Origin: Lepidodermella squamata
Lineage: Eukaryota > Animalia > Gastrotricha
Direction: 5' to 3'
NCBI GenBank assembly: GCA_047495785.1
Contig: JBLDXI010000030.1
Coordinates: forward strand, 372,001 to 436,000
DNA length: 64,000 bases
In this document: positions 60,069-64,000 of the stretch, one piece after another
Position numbering within the stretch: position 1 is the stretch's first letter
Layout of the letters: each line of letters starts with the position of its first letter
Notes under the pieces: model-generated
What the model was told of the DNA's origin: nothing
Database searches by the model: none
What the model saw: the letters and a program-made list of their open reading frames with translations, nothing else
Translations under genes and position numbers: made by a program

Positions 60069-61338
60069 TATTTATTTATTTATTTATTTCAAAGCTATGA
60101 CACCCAGAGAGGGCAGCTCGACAAAGTTAAGTTTGAAAGGAAACAGATAATTGCAGGACAGTTACAAAAGGATAGGACAATTGGAGATGACATAAATTTG
60201 AGTCAACGATAAGTAAAACGAAACAATATTACAACAACGGCAGCTCACCGTTTTTTTTTTACCGTGGATAAGGAAATATAAAAATAGAATATATAGAGCT
60301 TCATTTTAATTTCAATTTTGCAGCATTTTTTTCGTAGAAGTGCGAGTAGGTGGCTTCCCTGCAGGTCTGAGCTGTTTCAGATTGATGGACATTGACCGGG
60401 AGCTGGTTCCATAGATCAGGGCCTCGGTAGCTCATGCTCAGCATGCCGCGAACCTTTGAGTACGTTGGTTTAAACATCGGTTCAAAGTGGCGAGTTTCAT
60501 AGTTCGAGGGATCGTTCAGCTGGAACCATGACTGCATGACAGTGGGTGCTTGTTGGTGTAGACAGTTCCATAGAAAGGTAGCCAGATGAATAGCGTGCTT
60601 TTGATTTACGTCGACCCAGCCGAGGCGATGACGAAGAGGCGCTGCGTCGGCCAGAGGATGAGCGCCACAGATAATTCGGACAGCGCGGTCTTGAGTTGTC
60701 TGAAGCCGATCCAACGTAGTCGGCGCAGCTTGTCCAAGAGTCAAGTCGCCGTAGTTGAGATGACTGAACACGAGACCGTTGGCCATCATTACTGCTGTCT
60801 TTCGGTCGATGAACTTAGCTGCGAGTTTCAGGGCGAACAAACCTTTCCTTGCTTTGCTTTTTGCACCTTTGATGTGACGATTGAACGTGAGCTTGCAGTC
60901 GATTGTAAACCCAAGAGTTATCATGACGTTTGCAGGCCTAACAACAGTGTCGCCGATGGTGATCGAGAAATTCGGAGCATCAGGCTTAGCGCACTTCAGC
61001 AACATAAACTGTGACTTTTTGCCATTAACAGCCAACGAGTTGCCTTGAAGCCAGTGGCAAACTCGATTCATCTCAAGTTGCAAGACAGCGCGAAGTTCGT
61101 TCACATTCCTACTTGCAAAATAAATAGTAATATCGTCAGCATATTGTTTCAAGCCACATCGCTCTACAACCGTCGACAATTCATTCACATAAACGGTGAA
61201 CATTAGCGGTCCGAGAACGGACCCCTGAGGTACGCCCAGACCAACGCTCTCAAACGAAGACAATTCGTTATTGATCCTGGTTGCTTGACGGCGATCTGAG
61301 AGGTAGTTTCGAAGTAATAGAAGGGCATCAGGTGAATG
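60069..61338 (-). mobile_element. 5'-truncated non-LTR retrotransposon (CR1/L2 group); RT C-terminal half at 60301-61263
   Basis: YLSDRRQ, GVPQGSVLGPLMF, YADD, LGFTID.KL.F..HI motifs. (AAAT)n 3' tail at 60069-60089. Confidence 0.88.
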
Positions 61339-61499
61339 CTAATCTAATCTAATGGGTTGAGCTGGCTTGGAAATGAGACGGCGTCGAGCGGCTATGGGGG
61401 TTATCGAGCGGCTGAACAATTGATCTCGAATAACAATTGATTTCGATGGAATAAAATAAACGGCAGAACGCCTTTTCAAAAAAGTTCAACAAACAACCG

Positions 61500-61612
61500 A
61501 CAGCATTGTCGACAGCATGAGTTACCGCTGTTCGTTCGCACAATTTAGCGACCTCGTGCTGATAAGTGACACGTGACGCGTGTTGTCTCAAATTCCAGGT
61601 CCACTTTATTCA
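61500..61612 (-). promoter_or_regulatory. Orphan copy of the knottin upstream region (no adjacent coding exons)
   Basis: gcatgagttaccgctgtt.gttc.cacaatttagcgacct.gtgctgataa...caggtc.actttattc matches 53778-53878. Confidence 0.7.
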
Positions 61613-62862
61613 GTAACCGCGACTAAGAAAGAATATGCCTCTTGCTGATTTACATTCTTGCGCAGTGTCGCGAAGGGGGTATTGGCAACGAGCAAGTAAT
61701 TTTTTTTAATTTTTCAAATTATACATCAAAAACTTACTAAATTGAGTGTAGTCCATAATGGCAGATCGAATTGCCCTAATAATCTTCACTTGTGAAGTTC
61801 TTGGCCAGATTTCGCTAGGTTCTAACTAGGCTACTAGTTGTAGCCATTAATATTGGAATTTTCGTGGATAGAGACTTATTTGGCGTCTCGAGTCCTTGAT
61901 ATTTTTACAAATTTTTATTGATATTTTTGGCATAACAAATAATGCGTACTTTGTGGCTTTAAAAGCCTGATCACTGCAATGGCTAAAAAGTAACGGCTCC
62001 CGATTTTGCAAATCAATTTTTCGCTAGCCCCGTGTGCCCGAACTCCATGCACTAGGTTTATACAGTTCACATGACCCACGAATGACGGGGAACAATAGGA
62101 ACAACAGGGACATTAGGAACAAATAGGACCTATAGGAACAAATACATGGATGATATTTCGAAAGAGAATGAGAAGAATGAGAGTAAAGTGTAGGTCTAAA
62201 CTTGTATCGCCTTGAAAGTTTTGGAGTTCCCAGTCAAATGTCGAAGGCGGCTAGGCTTACAGTGGCAATTAAAAAAGAAAAAGGGGATATAATGTATGCT
62301 GGTAAACGTAGCATCTTAATTCGACTCTCAAATGGATAGACATAGCAACGTAGTTCTCCTCACTGAGGACTCATGGCAGCATTTACATGAGTGGGGTGCA
62401 AATTGCCACTTCCTAAACTATATATCCCAGAATCGGTGTTCTTCGGTGTTTGAAGACGTGAAAAGTGGGATTTGGTGGACATTTGAAAGAAATGCCGAGC
62501 AGAAAATTCAAAAAGGACGAAAACATCTTTGCTGTTAGAAAAACAATCACAAGGCAATTTAGCGTCTTGTTTGTCTCACTGTAGGCAGTTTAGCCTCGAT
62601 GATGCCCAATATATACAACGCCCAATAGTTGAAGGTCAAATTGCCTCAATTCCCCGGTTATGAGACGGTCGCGATATTTAATTACTATTATAAAAAATTC
62701 AAGAAAGCTCTCGCATGGATGGACGAACTCAAATATTGCGTGCAAAAAGCGATATTCTTCATGCTAGAAAGGTGATGATAAACCGTGAACGCATGTTGCA
62801 GCTTATTTTACTGTAGCTTTGAGTCAAATTTCTCATTTTTTATGTCGTATTTTATCGAAATG

Positions 62863-63271
62863 TTATTCGCATCTGCAGACATTGTGGAATCCAGACCATG
62901 CGGGATTTCTGTGACAAAACAACAAAATTTCAGTTGAGCTGTGAGCAGTAAATTCAAAGTGAAACTAACAGGCCGGCACAGCATGGTGTACCGTCGCTGC
63001 AATCTTCGTACTTCCCGGCGCATTTCGGATCAGCAACAGCAACTTGTGCTATGCAGATGCACCTAGTGCCAAAGTTGTTCACATGCGGCGTGCTGTAATT
63101 TGATGAAAATAAGTTTGCAGAGTACATTTTGGAAAGGTGTCCTTACAGGCCCGTGCAACAGTCTTCATGAAGGCAGCTTCCGTTCAAACCAGCACAATCT
63201 TTTGCGATCCCTGAAGGGATGACTGCAGCGACGAGGGCTAAGACAGCCAAGCAAGCAATGATGCGGTTCAT
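62863..63271 (-). CDS. Double-knottin-like peptide, copy 6
   Basis: 3 exons. Mature region: KDCAGLNGSCLHEDCCTGLTPHVNNFGTRCICIAQVAVADPKCAGKYEDCSDGTPCCAGLNPAWSGFHNVCRCE. Confidence 0.88.
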
Positions 63272-64000
63272 TTTTAATATTTAGGTAGAAATCAGTAATC
63301 TTAAATGCGGGTTGTTATGATTATAACTTTATGTTACAATTCCGGGCAATTTATACAGCGCAGTATGAGAGTCCGCTGTTCGCTCTCACACAAGATACAC
63401 GTGATGTGTTAAGTGCTAAAAAAGAACAATTAGGTCAGCTTTTTAGCTGATTTCGGTGATGAAATAATGTCCCCTATATAGATATCTGATAAGTAAATTC
63501 CTGCATACTTTTGATATTCCCGCTTTGGGTATAGTTAAACCATTTCCTTATTCCCCCGAATCCAGTGACAATGGAAACATTCGAAAACGGACAAAAAAGA
63601 AAATTCGTGATAAGAGAATCGTGTAATTTAAAAGACGGGGCTGGCGGCGGGCTTGCTTTGATAAGCTGGTGTCTTGGCAAATCAGTATATACTGGACATA
63701 GACGAGGAAATATGTCAACGTGAGGTTTTTCACTGTATAGACGACTCGGAGTCCAATTTTTGCTTATACCGTCTATACCGATTTAGTTTTGCCTTGTAAT
63801 AATGAACCCACAACCCCTGCCTTATGAACGGGACCCGGCCTTTATTTCGGCCCTGCTCTATATTTATGGAAATTAACTTTGAGCAACCGTATGCAACGGT
63901 TTTCAAAGCAAAATTACTAGAAATTGCCCTCTTTCACATCTTTTTAAGCTTCGATAGAATGTGAGGTGAAGTGGATTAAACTGCTCATTCGCAGGAGTTT

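Overview
Eukaryotic (most likely invertebrate animal) genomic DNA with many short (~50 nt) GT-AG introns, so the ORF track fragments most host genes; I rebuilt exons by hand. (1) 1-15.5 kb: tandem array of five paralogous surface glycoprotein genes (signal peptide, sushi-like, ConA/LamG-like, Ser/Thr stalk, SEA domain, GPI-type tail). One copy is decayed, and an intact Crypton tyrosine-recombinase element sits in the array. (2) 16-20 kb: a secreted six-repeat Cys-rich protein and a secreted bulb-type lectin. (3) 22.9-63.3 kb: six dispersed copies of a three-exon gene for a secreted double-knottin-like peptide, with a signal-peptide ankyrin gene, a divergent Cys-loop ion channel and a truncated LINE among them. 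(4) A complete 22.8 kb Polinton/Maverick (adintovirus-type) element at 24821-47577 with AGTAGT termini, ~379 bp TIRs and a GAGTAC TSD. It encodes pPolB, a PLA2-integrase fusion, packaging ATPase, penton, major capsid, adenain protease and a VLTF3-like factor. It also carries two divergent, intron-containing Ly6/uPAR three-finger genes and Pol III tRNA-like elements inside its left TIR. It is interrupted by a Sola-type transposon, which is itself interrupted by a hAT-type MITE. Family assignments come from recognised motifs, not database searches.
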